Part shown: one piece after another, positions 55,408 to 64,000 of the stretch
Layout of the letters: every line of letters begins with the position of its first letter
Numbering within the stretch: position 1 is the stretch's first letter
DNA from: an uncultured Rhodospirillaceae bacterium
Lineage (GTDB): Bacteria; Pseudomonadota; Alphaproteobacteria; UBA7887
Length of the DNA: 64,000 bases
NCBI GenBank assembly: GCA_964408735.1
Contig: CAYPAX010000007.1
Span: 1,450-65,449, forward strand
Direction: 5' to 3'
Program-made: the position numbers and the translations under genes
Notes under the pieces: generated by a model
Told to the model about the DNA's origin: nothing
Seen by the model: the letters and a program-made list of their open reading frames with translations, nothing else
The model's database searches: none

Positions 55408-56675
55408 TCAGCGCATTGCCGCTGCCTGGAGCGGCGCGGATTGGTGGTCAAGATAGGCTTCCAAATGCCCGCTCAACTGCTGTGCATCGTCGGCAGCACC
55501 GTCGATCAGCGCAGATTTGCGCCGCCGCAGGAATTGCAGGCCCATGACGTAGAGACCCGGCGCCTCGGTCACGCCGCCGTCGTGGCGGATGCGGCCCTTG
55601 CGGTCGAAAACCGGCACGTCGAGCCAAGAATGGTCGGGCCGGTAGCCCGTGGCCCACAGCACGGTGCGGATCTCGCCGCCGGTCAGGTCGAGGCCGAGAG
55701 GCGGCTTGGCCTCGAGACGCGTCGCCTCGAAGCTGTCGCGTGCGCCCGGCTCGCTGCCATGGCCGTTTTCGTTCGCCCACTCATCGATGGTGTCGAGCAG
55801 GCGGCCCATCTTGAGGTCGGCAAGCTGGCATTTGTTGGCCAGCGAGCCCGAGAATTGCGCCTTGCCGTCGCGTATGCCGGCAAGTTTGCCGACCAGACGC
55901 ACGCCGTCGTCCGTCAGCGCATTCAAGTCCAGGCTGCTGCGCGCGGCCGAGCCGGCGAGCTGCGAGGATGGCACCCGACGGGCGCGGGTGATGTCGTCGA
56001 CTTCGTCATAGCGCTCGCCGAGCACGCCGGCGGCATCCATCCACCACATGATGTCGCGACCGCGATAGAGGCGGGGCAGGCGAACATGCTCGCCGACCGC
56101 CAGTGTCACGGGACGGCCGGAAGCGTGGATCTCCTTGGCCAGCTGGGTGCCCGTGGCCGAGGCGCCGACGACCAGCACGCCGCCTTCGGCGAGCTGGCTC
56201 GGATTGCGGTATAGTCCATCGCCGTAACCGTATCGACGCTCTCGGGCACGCCGACCGCCAGGGCCGGCACATTGGCGATGTTGCAGGCACCGCTCGCCAC
56301 CACGACAGCGCGGCATCGCCATTCGCCCTGATCGGTCTGCACGTGGTAGCCGGCGTCGTTGGCGCGCACGGACAAGACCGTGGTGTTGGTCTCGACCGGC
56401 GCCTTTATCTTTCGCGCGAAGCCTGCAATGAATTCGATCGTCTCAGGCATGTCGCGATAGCCGTCCGGGTCATCGCCCTGATAGCCATAGCAAGGCAAAC
56501 GGCTGAGCCAGTTCGGTGTCAGAAGTGTGAGGGAGTCCCAGCGCTCCTTGCGCCAAGTGTTCGCCACCTCGCCACGCTCCAATAAGACGTGGTCGATTCC
56601 GCGCACGGCGAGGTAGCGGCTCATGGCCAGGCCGGCGTGTCCAGCACCGATAACGACCGCGGTTATGTTGCGCAT
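55408..56675 (-). pseudogene. FAD-dependent flavin monooxygenase/oxidoreductase, frameshifted near nt 56205-56215
   Basis: The N-terminal ORF (56106-56675, GAGHAGL FAD motif) and the C-terminal ORF (55408-56322, VVGASATG second Rossmann motif) encode consecutive parts of one protein in different frames. The junction reads ...VTAMDY | LYRNPSQLAEGG.... Confidence 0.6.
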
Positions 56676-56705
56676 GGCTTGGACTCCCCCGGTGTCGCTA
56701 GTGTC

Positions 56706-57266
56706 TTACTTGACCTCGACCGTGATATTGGTCGGGTTGGTAATTGCATCGAAAACGGCAGAGCGTTTTTGCGACTGAGCGACGACCGCTTCGATTTCGT
56801 CCTGGGTGGCATTCGCGTCGATGTCGAAAGACACCTTGATGTCGCCGAAGCCGTTACGCACGTCGGAGTCGATACCGAGGATGCCCTGGATATCCATGTC
56901 GCCTTCGAGCGTCGCCTTGACGGATTTGAGCTGGATATCCCGGTTCTGGGCGACGGCGGCGACGCCGGCGGTCAGGCAGCTTGCCAATGCGACCAGGAGA
57001 TGCTCCGCAGGTGTCGAGCCGTGATCTTCCGATGCGAAGACCTCCGGGTGGTCGTTGTCATATTCGAACGTGGTCTTGTGGTGCTGCTCCTCGCCGAGGC
57101 CGAAGAAGCCGTCGACCTTGGAATGGCTGTGCGTGCCGTTCACCCAGTCACAGGTCGCGCGCCACTTGAACTGCGCGCCTGCCGGCTGCTCGGTCAGCGC
57201 TTCGCGCGCCCCCAACAATGCCTCGACATTGACGCCGTTGTTCACTGCACTCGTTGAATCTGCCAT
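56706..57266 (-). CDS. OsmC-family protein, second paralogue
   Basis: OsmC-like sequence. Start placed at MADSTSAV with a GGAGGG RBS; ATG 57278 is an alternative. Confidence 0.6.
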   Translation of the reverse strand: MADSTSAVNNGVNVEALLGAREALTEQPAGAQFKWRATCDWVNGTHSHSKVDGFFGLGEEQHHKTTFEYDNDHPEVFASEDHGSTPAEHLLVALASCLTAGVAAVAQNRDIQLKSVKATLEGDMDIQGILGIDSDVRNGFGDIKVSFDIDANATQDEIEAVVAQSQKRSAVFDAITNPTNITVEVK

Positions 57267-57299
57267 TGATCCCTCCATCTGTTTGCCCCCATCCGGGCA

Positions 57300-57360
57300 T
57301 TGTGTATTGCGACACAAGCATAGTTGCCTTGCGTCACACGCATGACAGTTAACTATGTCA
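57300..57360. promoter_or_regulatory. Two palindromic operator-like sites upstream of the second OsmC gene
   Basis: TTGTGT-N6-ACACAA at 57300-57317 and TGACAGTTAACTATGTCA at 57343-57360, in a lower-GC promoter region 35-95 nt upstream of the start. Confidence 0.35.
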
Positions 57361-57389
57361 CACCGCCAGGATAACAGGCGGGGCGCAGA

Positions 57390-58385
57390 TCAGGGAATGA
57401 GTGTCTCGGCTGCCGCCAGCAGCTCGGCACCGAAACCGCCGGCCTCGGCGAGATAGGCGTCTCGCAGGGGCAGCGTCGCCTGCTGCCAGGCCGCGAGCTC
57501 CGTGTCGCTCAAGGTATGCGCCGCCATGCCATTGGCGATCGCGGTCTCCAGCGCCGCCGCTTCGATGACCGGAAAGCTGTCGCGCAGCTCCTGCTCTACC
57601 GCCAGCGCCGCGTCTTGCAGGATCGCCCGCTGGCTGTCGTCGAGGCGTTGCCAAAAGCGCTCATTGACCAGCACGATGAATTCGATCGCCGAATGGTTGG
57701 TGAGCGTCAATGAGCCGAGCACCTGATAGAGCTTGCGGTCGGCCACCGTGAGCAGGCCGGTCATGCCGCCGTCGACGGTGCCCCTCTCATAGGCCAGGTA
57801 TTGCCGCGAGCCGGAAACATTGGTGGCGGCGCCGCCAAGGGTGTTGACGAAGGCCTCCAGCGCCTTGCCGAAGGTGCGGATCTTGAGCCCGCGCAAGTCG
57901 CCGGGCAGTCGCGCCGGCTGGTCCTGGCGCAACATCATGATCGACATGCCATAGGGCTGCCACCACAAGGGCCTGGCGCCCTTGGCGGTCATGGCCGCAT
58001 CGAGGGGGCTGCGCACCGGCGAGCCGGGTGCGGTGGCGGCGCGCACCAGCTCCGGCGTGTTGAACAGGAACGGCACGGTAAAGATGTCGACTGCCGGAAT
58101 GCTGCCGGCAAAGCGTGCCAGCGAAGACACGCCCATCTCGATCTGGCCCGAGGCTACCGCCGTCGGCACCTCACGGTCGGTGAAAAGCTGGGCGTTGGGA
58201 TAGATCTCGACGCGCAATTCGCCGCCGCTCGCCGTCTCGACACGATCCTTGAAGGCGACCAGGTTCTGACCGAGCGGCGTCGTGATCGGCAGCTGCAGGG
58301 TAATGCGCAGGGTCTCTGCCGCCTGGGCCGTGCCCGCCGCCAGCACCCCGGCCAGCAGCGCCAGGCTCAGGATGCGGAGGATCAC
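57390..58385 (-). CDS. TRAP transporter substrate-binding protein (DctP family)
   Basis: Signal peptide and a DctP-like periplasmic binding fold. 331 aa. Confidence 0.7.
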   Translation of the reverse strand: MILRILSLALLAGVLAAGTAQAAETLRITLQLPITTPLGQNLVAFKDRVETASGGELRVEIYPNAQLFTDREVPTAVASGQIEMGVSSLARFAGSIPAVDIFTVPFLFNTPELVRAATAPGSPVRSPLDAAMTAKGARPLWWQPYGMSIMMLRQDQPARLPGDLRGLKIRTFGKALEAFVNTLGGAATNVSGSRQYLAYERGTVDGGMTGLLTVADRKLYQVLGSLTLTNHSAIEFIVLVNERFWQRLDDSQRAILQDAALAVEQELRDSFPVIEAAALETAIANGMAAHTLSDTELAAWQQATLPLRDAYLAEAGGFGAELLAAAETLIP

Positions 58386-59086
58386 TCGCGCTCCGCCTCG
58401 GCCTCGGCGTGGAAGTCGCCATCCCTGACCGAGAAGCCGCTGTCGACGATGTCCTTCTTGTAGGTGGCGAGCCAGACGGCGCGGATCTCGTCGAAGGGCA
58501 CGTCGACATAGTGGCCGCGCTGGCAGACATATTCCATATGCTTGCGCCCAGAGACATCGAAGGGGTGGAAAAGGGAATCCTCATGCCCGTTGAATTCGAG
58601 GGTCTTGACGCCGAAGCGCTCGCAGAGCGTCTTATTGAAGGCCGGCGTCGCCTTGACCCAGCGCCCGTCGATATAGAGGTCGGTGTAGCCATGGTAGACG
58701 AAAAGGTCGCTGCCCATGGTGTCCAGCAGCTTGCGCGTGGCGAGATGATTGCGCACGTCGCCATAACCGACCCGGGCCGGCAGCCCCATGGCGCGCGCGC
58801 AGGCCGCGAGCAGCGCCGCCTTGGTGATGCAAAAGCCCTTGCGCGCTGCCAGGCAGGCACTGGCGCGAAAGCCCTCCGGCGTGGTGGGAACGCCATAGGG
58901 GTCGTAGAGCAGATCGTCGCGCACGGCATAATAGAGCCGGCAGGCGAGGTCCACATCGCTCGCCGCGTCGCCCGCCGCTTGCGCCGCATAGGCCTTGATG
59001 GTCGCGTGGTCGCTATCGATGAAATGGCCCGGCGCCAGATAGGGCGCGAGGTCCTCGCTGTCGGCCACTGCCGTGCTTGTTGTCAT
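58382..59086 (-). CDS. Transglutaminase-like domain protein
   Basis: The Cys-His-Asp transglutaminase-like core (GFCITKA...H..YTD). 4-nt overlap with the TRAP gene. Confidence 0.55.
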   Translation of the reverse strand: MTTSTAVADSEDLAPYLAPGHFIDSDHATIKAYAAQAAGDAASDVDLACRLYYAVRDDLLYDPYGVPTTPEGFRASACLAARKGFCITKAALLAACARAMGLPARVGYGDVRNHLATRKLLDTMGSDLFVYHGYTDLYIDGRWVKATPAFNKTLCERFGVKTLEFNGHEDSLFHPFDVSGRKHMEYVCQRGHYVDVPFDEIRAVWLATYKKDIVDSGFSVRDGDFHAEAEAERE

Positions 59087-59172
59087 GGATCCCGCGATTT
59101 CTTGTTAGTATTCCAGAGCCGCCAAACCTGACCCCAGCGGCGCGCCACGTCAAGCGATCCCGGGAGTAAGCC

Positions 59173-60276
59173 ATGCCATCGAACCGCCTGCCTTTCCGCG
59201 CCGAGCATATCGGCAGTCTGCTGCGCCCCGCGGCATTGAAGCGTGCGCATAAGGTGCGCGAGGACGACCCCGTGGCCTACGAGGCAGCGTTGGAGGCTGC
59301 GACGGCGGCGGCCATCCGCATGCAGGAGGAGGTCGGCTTGCGCTGCATCAGCGATGGCGAGTTCCGCCGCGCCTCCTGGTTTTCCGCCTTCTTCCAGGCT
59401 ATGCCCGCCTCTTTTGGTGCGACACCGTCGCGCTTTCGCTTCCACGACGGCGAAGGCGGCGAGCATGGTTGGCCTACCTGCTGCGCCACGGCGCCGATCC
59501 GCCGCCGAGGCGGCATCACGCTCGGCGAATACGACGCCATCCGCAGCCATACGGACCGCCTGCCCAAGGTCACCATGCCGACGCCGTCGGCCTTTCACTT
59601 CTTCGCCGGGGATGGCTGCGCCGACAGCTTCGTCTATCCCGACCTGGAGGAGTTCTGGGAGGACCTGGTGCGCGTCTATCAAGAGGAGATCGCGGCGCTG
59701 CACGAAGCCGGCGCGCAGTATGTCCAGATGGACGAGGTGCCGCTGGCGATGCTTTGCGACCCCGCCATTCGCGAACAGCTCGAGGGCTTCGGCGAGGACC
59801 CCGAGGCGCTGACCTCGCTTTACGTGACTGCGGTCAACAGGGCTATTGCCGAGCGCCCGGCCGGCATGCATGTGGGCATCCATCTCTGTCGCGGCAATTT
59901 CCGTGGCCGCTGGATGGCGTCGGGCGGCTACGGCCCCATCGCGCAGGAGCTGTTCAATATCCTCGACGTGGATTCCTTCTTTCTCGAATATGACAGCGAG
60001 CGCGCCGGCGACTTCTCGCCGCTTGCCGAGGTGCCCGACGACAAGACCGTCGTGCTCGGCCTGATCGCCACCAAGACGCCGGCGCTCGAGGAGACCGAGG
60101 CGCTGGCCCGGCGCATCGACGAGGCGACGCGATACGTGCCCTTGGACCGCCTCTGCCTCAGCCCCCAATGCGGCTTCGCCAGCGTCGCCGGCGGCAACCC
60201 CATCAGCGAAGACGACCAGCGCGCCAAGCTGGCGCGCGTGGTGGAGACGGCGGAGCTGGTCTGGGGCGAGGCTTAG
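59173..60276 (+). CDS. Cobalamin-independent methionine synthase (MetE) C-terminal-domain family protein
   Basis: 367 aa resembling the UroD/MetE-like catalytic barrel (HLCRGN, zinc ligands His/Cys/Glu/Cys). Confidence 0.65.
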   Translation: MPSNRLPFRAEHIGSLLRPAALKRAHKVREDDPVAYEAALEAATAAAIRMQEEVGLRCISDGEFRRASWFSAFFQAMPASFGATPSRFRFHDGEGGEHGWPTCCATAPIRRRGGITLGEYDAIRSHTDRLPKVTMPTPSAFHFFAGDGCADSFVYPDLEEFWEDLVRVYQEEIAALHEAGAQYVQMDEVPLAMLCDPAIREQLEGFGEDPEALTSLYVTAVNRAIAERPAGMHVGIHLCRGNFRGRWMASGGYGPIAQELFNILDVDSFFLEYDSERAGDFSPLAEVPDDKTVVLGLIATKTPALEETEALARRIDEATRYVPLDRLCLSPQCGFASVAGGNPISEDDQRAKLARVVETAELVWGEA

Positions 60277-61271
60277 CCGGGTATCAGCACCGCGGCGCCT
60301 TGCAGGCGGCCGTCGCGGAGGTCGGCGAGGGCGCTGTTGGCCTCGGCCAGGGGGTAGCGGCTGACGCTGGTCTTGACCGGGATAGTGGGTGCCAGGCAGA
60401 GAAAATCCGTGCCGTCCTGGCGCGTCAGGTTGGCCACCGAGACCAGCTCGCGCTCGCGCCAGAGCAGCGCGTAGGGAAAGCTCGGGATGTCGCTCATGTG
60501 GATGCCGGCACAGACCACGCGACCGCCCGGGCGCACGGCCGCCAGTGCCGCCGGCACCAGGGCGCCGACGGGGGCGAAGATGATGGCGGCGTCGAGCGGC
60601 CAGGGCGGCGCGGCTTCCGAGGGGCCGGCCCAAACCGCACCGAGATCGCGGGCGAAGGCCTGCGCGGCATCGTCGCCGGTGCGGGTGAAGGCGGCAACCT
60701 CGCGGCCCTGGTGGCGAGCGACCTGGATGACGATATGGGCCGCGGCACCGAAGCCATAGAGGCCGAGGCGCGCGCCATCGCCCGCCTTGACCAGGGAGCG
60801 GTAGCCGATCAGCCCGGCGCAGAGCAGCGGGGCTGCGTCCGCATCGTCGCCCTCGCCCGGCATGGGGAAGCAATAGCGCGCATCGGCCAGGGTGTGCGTG
60901 GCGTAGCCGCCGTCGAGGGTGTAGCCGGTAAAGCGTGCCGCCTCGCAGAGGTTCTCGCGCCCGGCCCGGCAGTGCCCGCAAGCGCCGCAGGTAAAGCCGA
61001 GCCAGGGGATGCCCACGCGCTTGCCGATGCCGGGGCTCGAGACCCCCTCGCCGAGCGCCAGCACATGCCCGACCACCTCGTGGCCCGGCACGATCGGCAG
61101 CGCCGCCTCCTCGAGCTCGCCATCGACCACATGCAGATCGGTGCGGCAGACCCCGCAAGCCCCGACGCGCACCAGCACCTGGCCCGGCCCGGGCAGCGGC
61201 AGCGGCCGCTCGCGCAGCACCAACGGCGTGCCCGGCCGCTCCAGCACCATCGCCTGCATGGTCTCAGCCAT
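60273..61271 (-). CDS. Zinc-dependent alcohol dehydrogenase family protein
   Basis: GHEVVG and CGVCRTDLH zinc motifs and a Rossmann fold. 332 aa. Confidence 0.8.
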   Translation of the reverse strand: MAETMQAMVLERPGTPLVLRERPLPLPGPGQVLVRVGACGVCRTDLHVVDGELEEAALPIVPGHEVVGHVLALGEGVSSPGIGKRVGIPWLGFTCGACGHCRAGRENLCEAARFTGYTLDGGYATHTLADARYCFPMPGEGDDADAAPLLCAGLIGYRSLVKAGDGARLGLYGFGAAAHIVIQVARHQGREVAAFTRTGDDAAQAFARDLGAVWAGPSEAAPPWPLDAAIIFAPVGALVPAALAAVRPGGRVVCAGIHMSDIPSFPYALLWRERELVSVANLTRQDGTDFLCLAPTIPVKTSVSRYPLAEANSALADLRDGRLQGAAVLIPG

Positions 61272-61371
61272 AGGGCAATATTAGAGCAAGTTGCGGCCAT
61301 GCGAGGTGGTCAAATGGCTCCGCATGATCCTGATTTGAAAACACCGCCGCTAACCCTGCCGGCGCCTTATA

Positions 61372-61630
61372 CCAAGGCTCAGTGATAAAGACCCATTTGA
61401 TGGCTCGAGGCGCCTTTCCGGGTAGGAGCGGCGCGCCGGGCGATGTCAGCCATCATCCCAGCGTCGCGACGCATCCGGGGAGCCGCCTCGGGCCACCGCA
61501 GGCCGCGCGCTTTTCGCCGCTGGCGTCGTCGCGGGCCGCTTGACGTGGGGAAACACGACGGCGCGACCCGCTCCTAGCCAGCGACGAAAATCGTGCGGTC
61601 AAATGGGTCTTTATCGCTGAGTCTTGGTAT
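61372..61630. mobile_element. MITE-like element with ~32-bp imperfect terminal inverted repeats and an internally palindromic GC-rich core
   Basis: IR-L at 61372-61402 (TACCAAGGCTCAGTGATAAAGACCCATTTGA) against IR-R at 61600-61630, with 2 mismatches. The 10-bp direct repeat GGTCAAATGG occurs at 61305-61314 and 61597-61606. Confidence 0.5.
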
Positions 61631-62010
61631 TACGCTCCCTCGCCGAAGCCTATCGCACCGGTCGCGCGCGTGGCACAGGCGACAGCGGCGACGGCAAGTC
61701 AGAGGGACGCGAAAGTGCCCTCGCGACATTCCGGTTTCTCTTTTCGAAAGTTCCGACGGATAGGATCGAACAGACCGTCGCTGCACTGACAAGTGAGCTT
61801 TCGGACACGGCCCCATTGTGGCTGGTGGCCGAACGACGGGACTGAGCCGACATACCTCGGATGGGTTCGAATTTTCTCACCTATGGCAGCGGAAATGGCT
61901 CCTTATCCCCATGTGTCGCCGGGCCCGGAGTCTTGGTCACGTCCCGCAAATTTCAAACCGCCCGGCAACGACTTGGTAAGGCTGGCAAAGGCTGTGCTGC
62001 GGTCTCCGTC

Positions 62011-62709
62011 TCAATAATCCTGCCCCAACGCCTTGGTGAGAAACTTCATCAGCGGCGTCGCCAGACGGAAAGTCTCCGTCACCTCATCCAAAAAGCCGGG
62101 CGTCAGCGCCGCCTTTCTGTCAATGCGCTTCATGGCGAAGAAGGTCTTGCGCTTGAGGTCCTCGATGTGGCGGTGGTCGGGATCGTAGCCGCGGGGCGGA
62201 CGGGTGAGGCCGTCGCCGCCAATACCGCCGAAGGTGTCTTTCAGGCGCTTGTTCGCTATCACCCGCTTCCAGCCGGCGCTGTCGGCGACGATGGCGTCGC
62301 GGATCATCGCCAAGGGCTCCTTGGGCGGCAGCCAGATGCCGCCGCCGATGCGCACGTCGTCGGGCGCGAGATGCACGTAATAGCCCGGCGTGTGGGCGTC
62401 GCGGGTGCGCGCCTCGTGGCGGAAATGGCACGAGGCGTGTTCCTTGTAGGGCCGCTTGTCCTTGGCGAAGCGCACGTCGCGATAGATGCGGAACATGGAG
62501 CCGCCATTGGCCCGCGGGTCGGCGACAAAATGGGCTGAGATCTTGCGCAGGCGCGGCGCCATGGCGGCGATGAAGGCGACCATGGGGCTGACCACCTCTT
62601 GCTGGTAGCGCGGCTTGTTGTCGGCGAACCAGTCGCGCGCGTTGTTGGCGGCCAGCTCCTCGAAAAAAGCGAAGAAATCGGGCGAGAAATGGCTGAAATC
62701 GTCGGCCAT
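62011..62709 (-). CDS. DUF2461 (TIGR02453) family protein
   Basis: 232 aa matching the conserved hypothetical family (FFEELAANNARDWF...YRDVRF). Confidence 0.6.
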   Translation of the reverse strand: MADDFSHFSPDFFAFFEELAANNARDWFADNKPRYQQEVVSPMVAFIAAMAPRLRKISAHFVADPRANGGSMFRIYRDVRFAKDKRPYKEHASCHFRHEARTRDAHTPGYYVHLAPDDVRIGGGIWLPPKEPLAMIRDAIVADSAGWKRVIANKRLKDTFGGIGGDGLTRPPRGYDPDHRHIEDLKRKTFFAMKRIDRKAALTPGFLDEVTETFRLATPLMKFLTKALGQDY

Positions 62710-62724
62710 GGGAACAGGCTCCGT

Positions 62725-63489
62725 CTAGTGCTCGAATTGACGGTTGAGGCGTTGCATGCCGCGAATCCAGCGGTCGTAGTCGCCGGTCTTGCGGCGCATG
62801 TATTCCAGCACCTGCTCGTGCGGCAGCACCAGGAACCGCTCGGCTTCGATGGCGGCAAGGCAGGCGTCCGCCACGGGCTCGGGCTCCATCATGCCGTCGA
62901 TGCTGGCGACCGCGTCCTCGTGGCCGGCGGTCATGGCGGTGCGCACGGCCTGGGGGCAGAGCACCGAGACCTTGATGCCCTGGTCGCCATAGGTGATGGC
63001 GAGCCATTCGGCCAAGCCCACCGCGGCATGCTTGGTCACGGCATAGGGTGCCGAGCCGATTTGCGACAACAGCCCGGCGGCGGATGCGGTGTTGAGCAGG
63101 TAGCCGCCGCCGCGCGTGGCCATGCGCGGCACCATGTGGCGCGCGGCGTAGACATGGGCCATGAGGTTGATGTCCCAGATGCGCTGCCAGTCGTCGTTGC
63201 CCACCTCCGGGCCGCCGGCCACGGAGATGCCGGCGTTGGAGCAGAACAGGTCGATCGGCCCCTGCTCGCGCTCGACGCTTTCGATCAGCGCCCGTACCTC
63301 GTCTTCGACGCCCACATTGACCTTGCAGGCGATGCCGCCGACCTCCTCCGCGACAGCCGAAACCCCGTCGCCGTCAAGATCGGCGCAGACCACGCTCACG
63401 GCACCGGCCGCGTGGAAGCGGCGGGCCAGGGCCCGGCCGATGCCACTGGCAGCGCCGGTTACGACAACGATACGATCAGATACATCCAT
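62725..63489 (-). CDS. SDR-family oxidoreductase
   Basis: TGAASGIG and the YAVTKHA catalytic motif. 254 aa from MDVSDRIVVVTG; the upstream ORF extension looks spurious. Confidence 0.75.
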   Translation of the reverse strand: MDVSDRIVVVTGAASGIGRALARRFHAAGAVSVVCADLDGDGVSAVAEEVGGIACKVNVGVEDEVRALIESVEREQGPIDLFCSNAGISVAGGPEVGNDDWQRIWDINLMAHVYAARHMVPRMATRGGGYLLNTASAAGLLSQIGSAPYAVTKHAAVGLAEWLAITYGDQGIKVSVLCPQAVRTAMTAGHEDAVASIDGMMEPEPVADACLAAIEAERFLVLPHEQVLEYMRRKTGDYDRWIRGMQRLNRQFEH

Positions 63490-63530
63490 GGCGGCTCCCT
63501 CCCTCTGGCGGCAGGGTAGCCTATATACTG

Positions 63531-64000
63531 CTACTCCGCAGCGATGCGCTGGGCGAGCCTTTCGGCGTCGGGCGCCTTGTGGAAGCTGCCGTCCTTCATG
63601 ATTGCCAGCAGCCGGTCCGCATCCTGCAGAATGGAGACGTCCTTGCTCGGGTCGCCATCGACCAGAATGAGGTCGGCGAGCCAGCCCTCGCTGACCGTGC
63701 CCAGCTCGTCGCCCATCATCATGATCTGGCCGCCGAGCTTGGTGGCGGCGACGAGCGCCTCCATCGGCGTGTAGCCGAACAAATTGACGAAATGCTCGAG
63801 GTCGCGGGCATTGGCGCCGATGGGGTTCCAGGCGAAGCCGTAATCGCCGCCCGGCAGCACGCGCACGCCGCGCTTCTTGAGATCCTTCATCACCTCGCAA
63901 GCAACCTCGAGCTCACGCACCACGCCCATGCCGGCGGCGACCTCGGCCGTCACGCCCCAGTCGCCTGCCGCCTTGGCGGTGGTATAGGTGATGCCGATGG
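63531..64000 (-). CDS. Metal-dependent amidohydrolase family protein, C-terminal part; the 5' end lies beyond the window
   Basis: Amidohydrolase C-terminal region (DGDPSKDV, GSFHKAP). The frame stays open to the window edge. Confidence 0.55.
   Translation of the reverse strand, partial: IGITYTTAKAAGDWGVTAEVAAGMGVVRELEVACEVMKDLKKRGVRVLPGGDYGFAWNPIGANARDLEHFVNLFGYTPMEALVAATKLGGQIMMMGDELGTVSEGWLADLILVDGDPSKDVSILQDADRLLAIMKDGSFHKAPDAERLAQRIAAE

Noticed and set aside
61640-62010. A lower-GC 370-bp stretch with T-loop-like strings (GGATCGAAC, GGGTTCGAAT) that suggested a tRNA or two-piece tmRNA
   Set aside because: I could not fold an acceptor stem, D-arm or anticodon arm around either motif. No tag-peptide reading frame ending in ...AA-stop was present.

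Overview
This is a high-GC (about 67-68%) bacterial chromosomal segment, probably alphaproteobacterial: the orphan CheZ-like protein, the DUF2336 protein, the CHD-cyclase/TPR proteins, the cbtAB-cob genes and the sox genes all point that way. Almost every long ORF has a long spurious partner on the opposite strand, which is an artefact of the GC content, so I made gene calls from recognisable protein families, start-codon and RBS context, and ATGA/GTGA overlaps rather than from ORF length. The window holds about 65 protein-coding genes. From 5' to 3' they are: the 3' end of a molybdopterin oxidoreductase subunit followed by a soxXYZA block with no soxB in the window; an NfeD/SPFH pair; an orphan CheZ-like phosphatase; leucine/fatty-acid catabolic and assorted hydrolase genes; panE; a carbamoyltransferase; a PleD-like REC-GGDEF regulator; a three-gene translationally coupled nitrile-hydratase-family enzyme with a split beta subunit; a haloalkane dehalogenase; a single large KAP-family P-loop NTPase in a lower-GC insert; two tandem class III adenylyl cyclase-TPR paralogues; a cobalamin cluster (cobA, cobB, cbtA, cbtB, cobU, cobT, cobS, cobC, cobD); a cueR-copA copper module; a split B12-dependent acyl-CoA mutase with a TetR regulator; two OsmC paralogues flanking a frameshifted flavin monooxygenase; and a TRAP substrate-binding protein. 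I found no rRNA, tRNA or CRISPR array. Three unrelated inverted-repeat (MITE-like) elements and a repeat-dense 790-bp divergent intergenic region are not explained by the genes. The most interesting candidates are the N-terminally extended KAP NTPase, which may be a solo defence or abortive-infection gene, and the three-subunit Co-type NHase-like enzyme.
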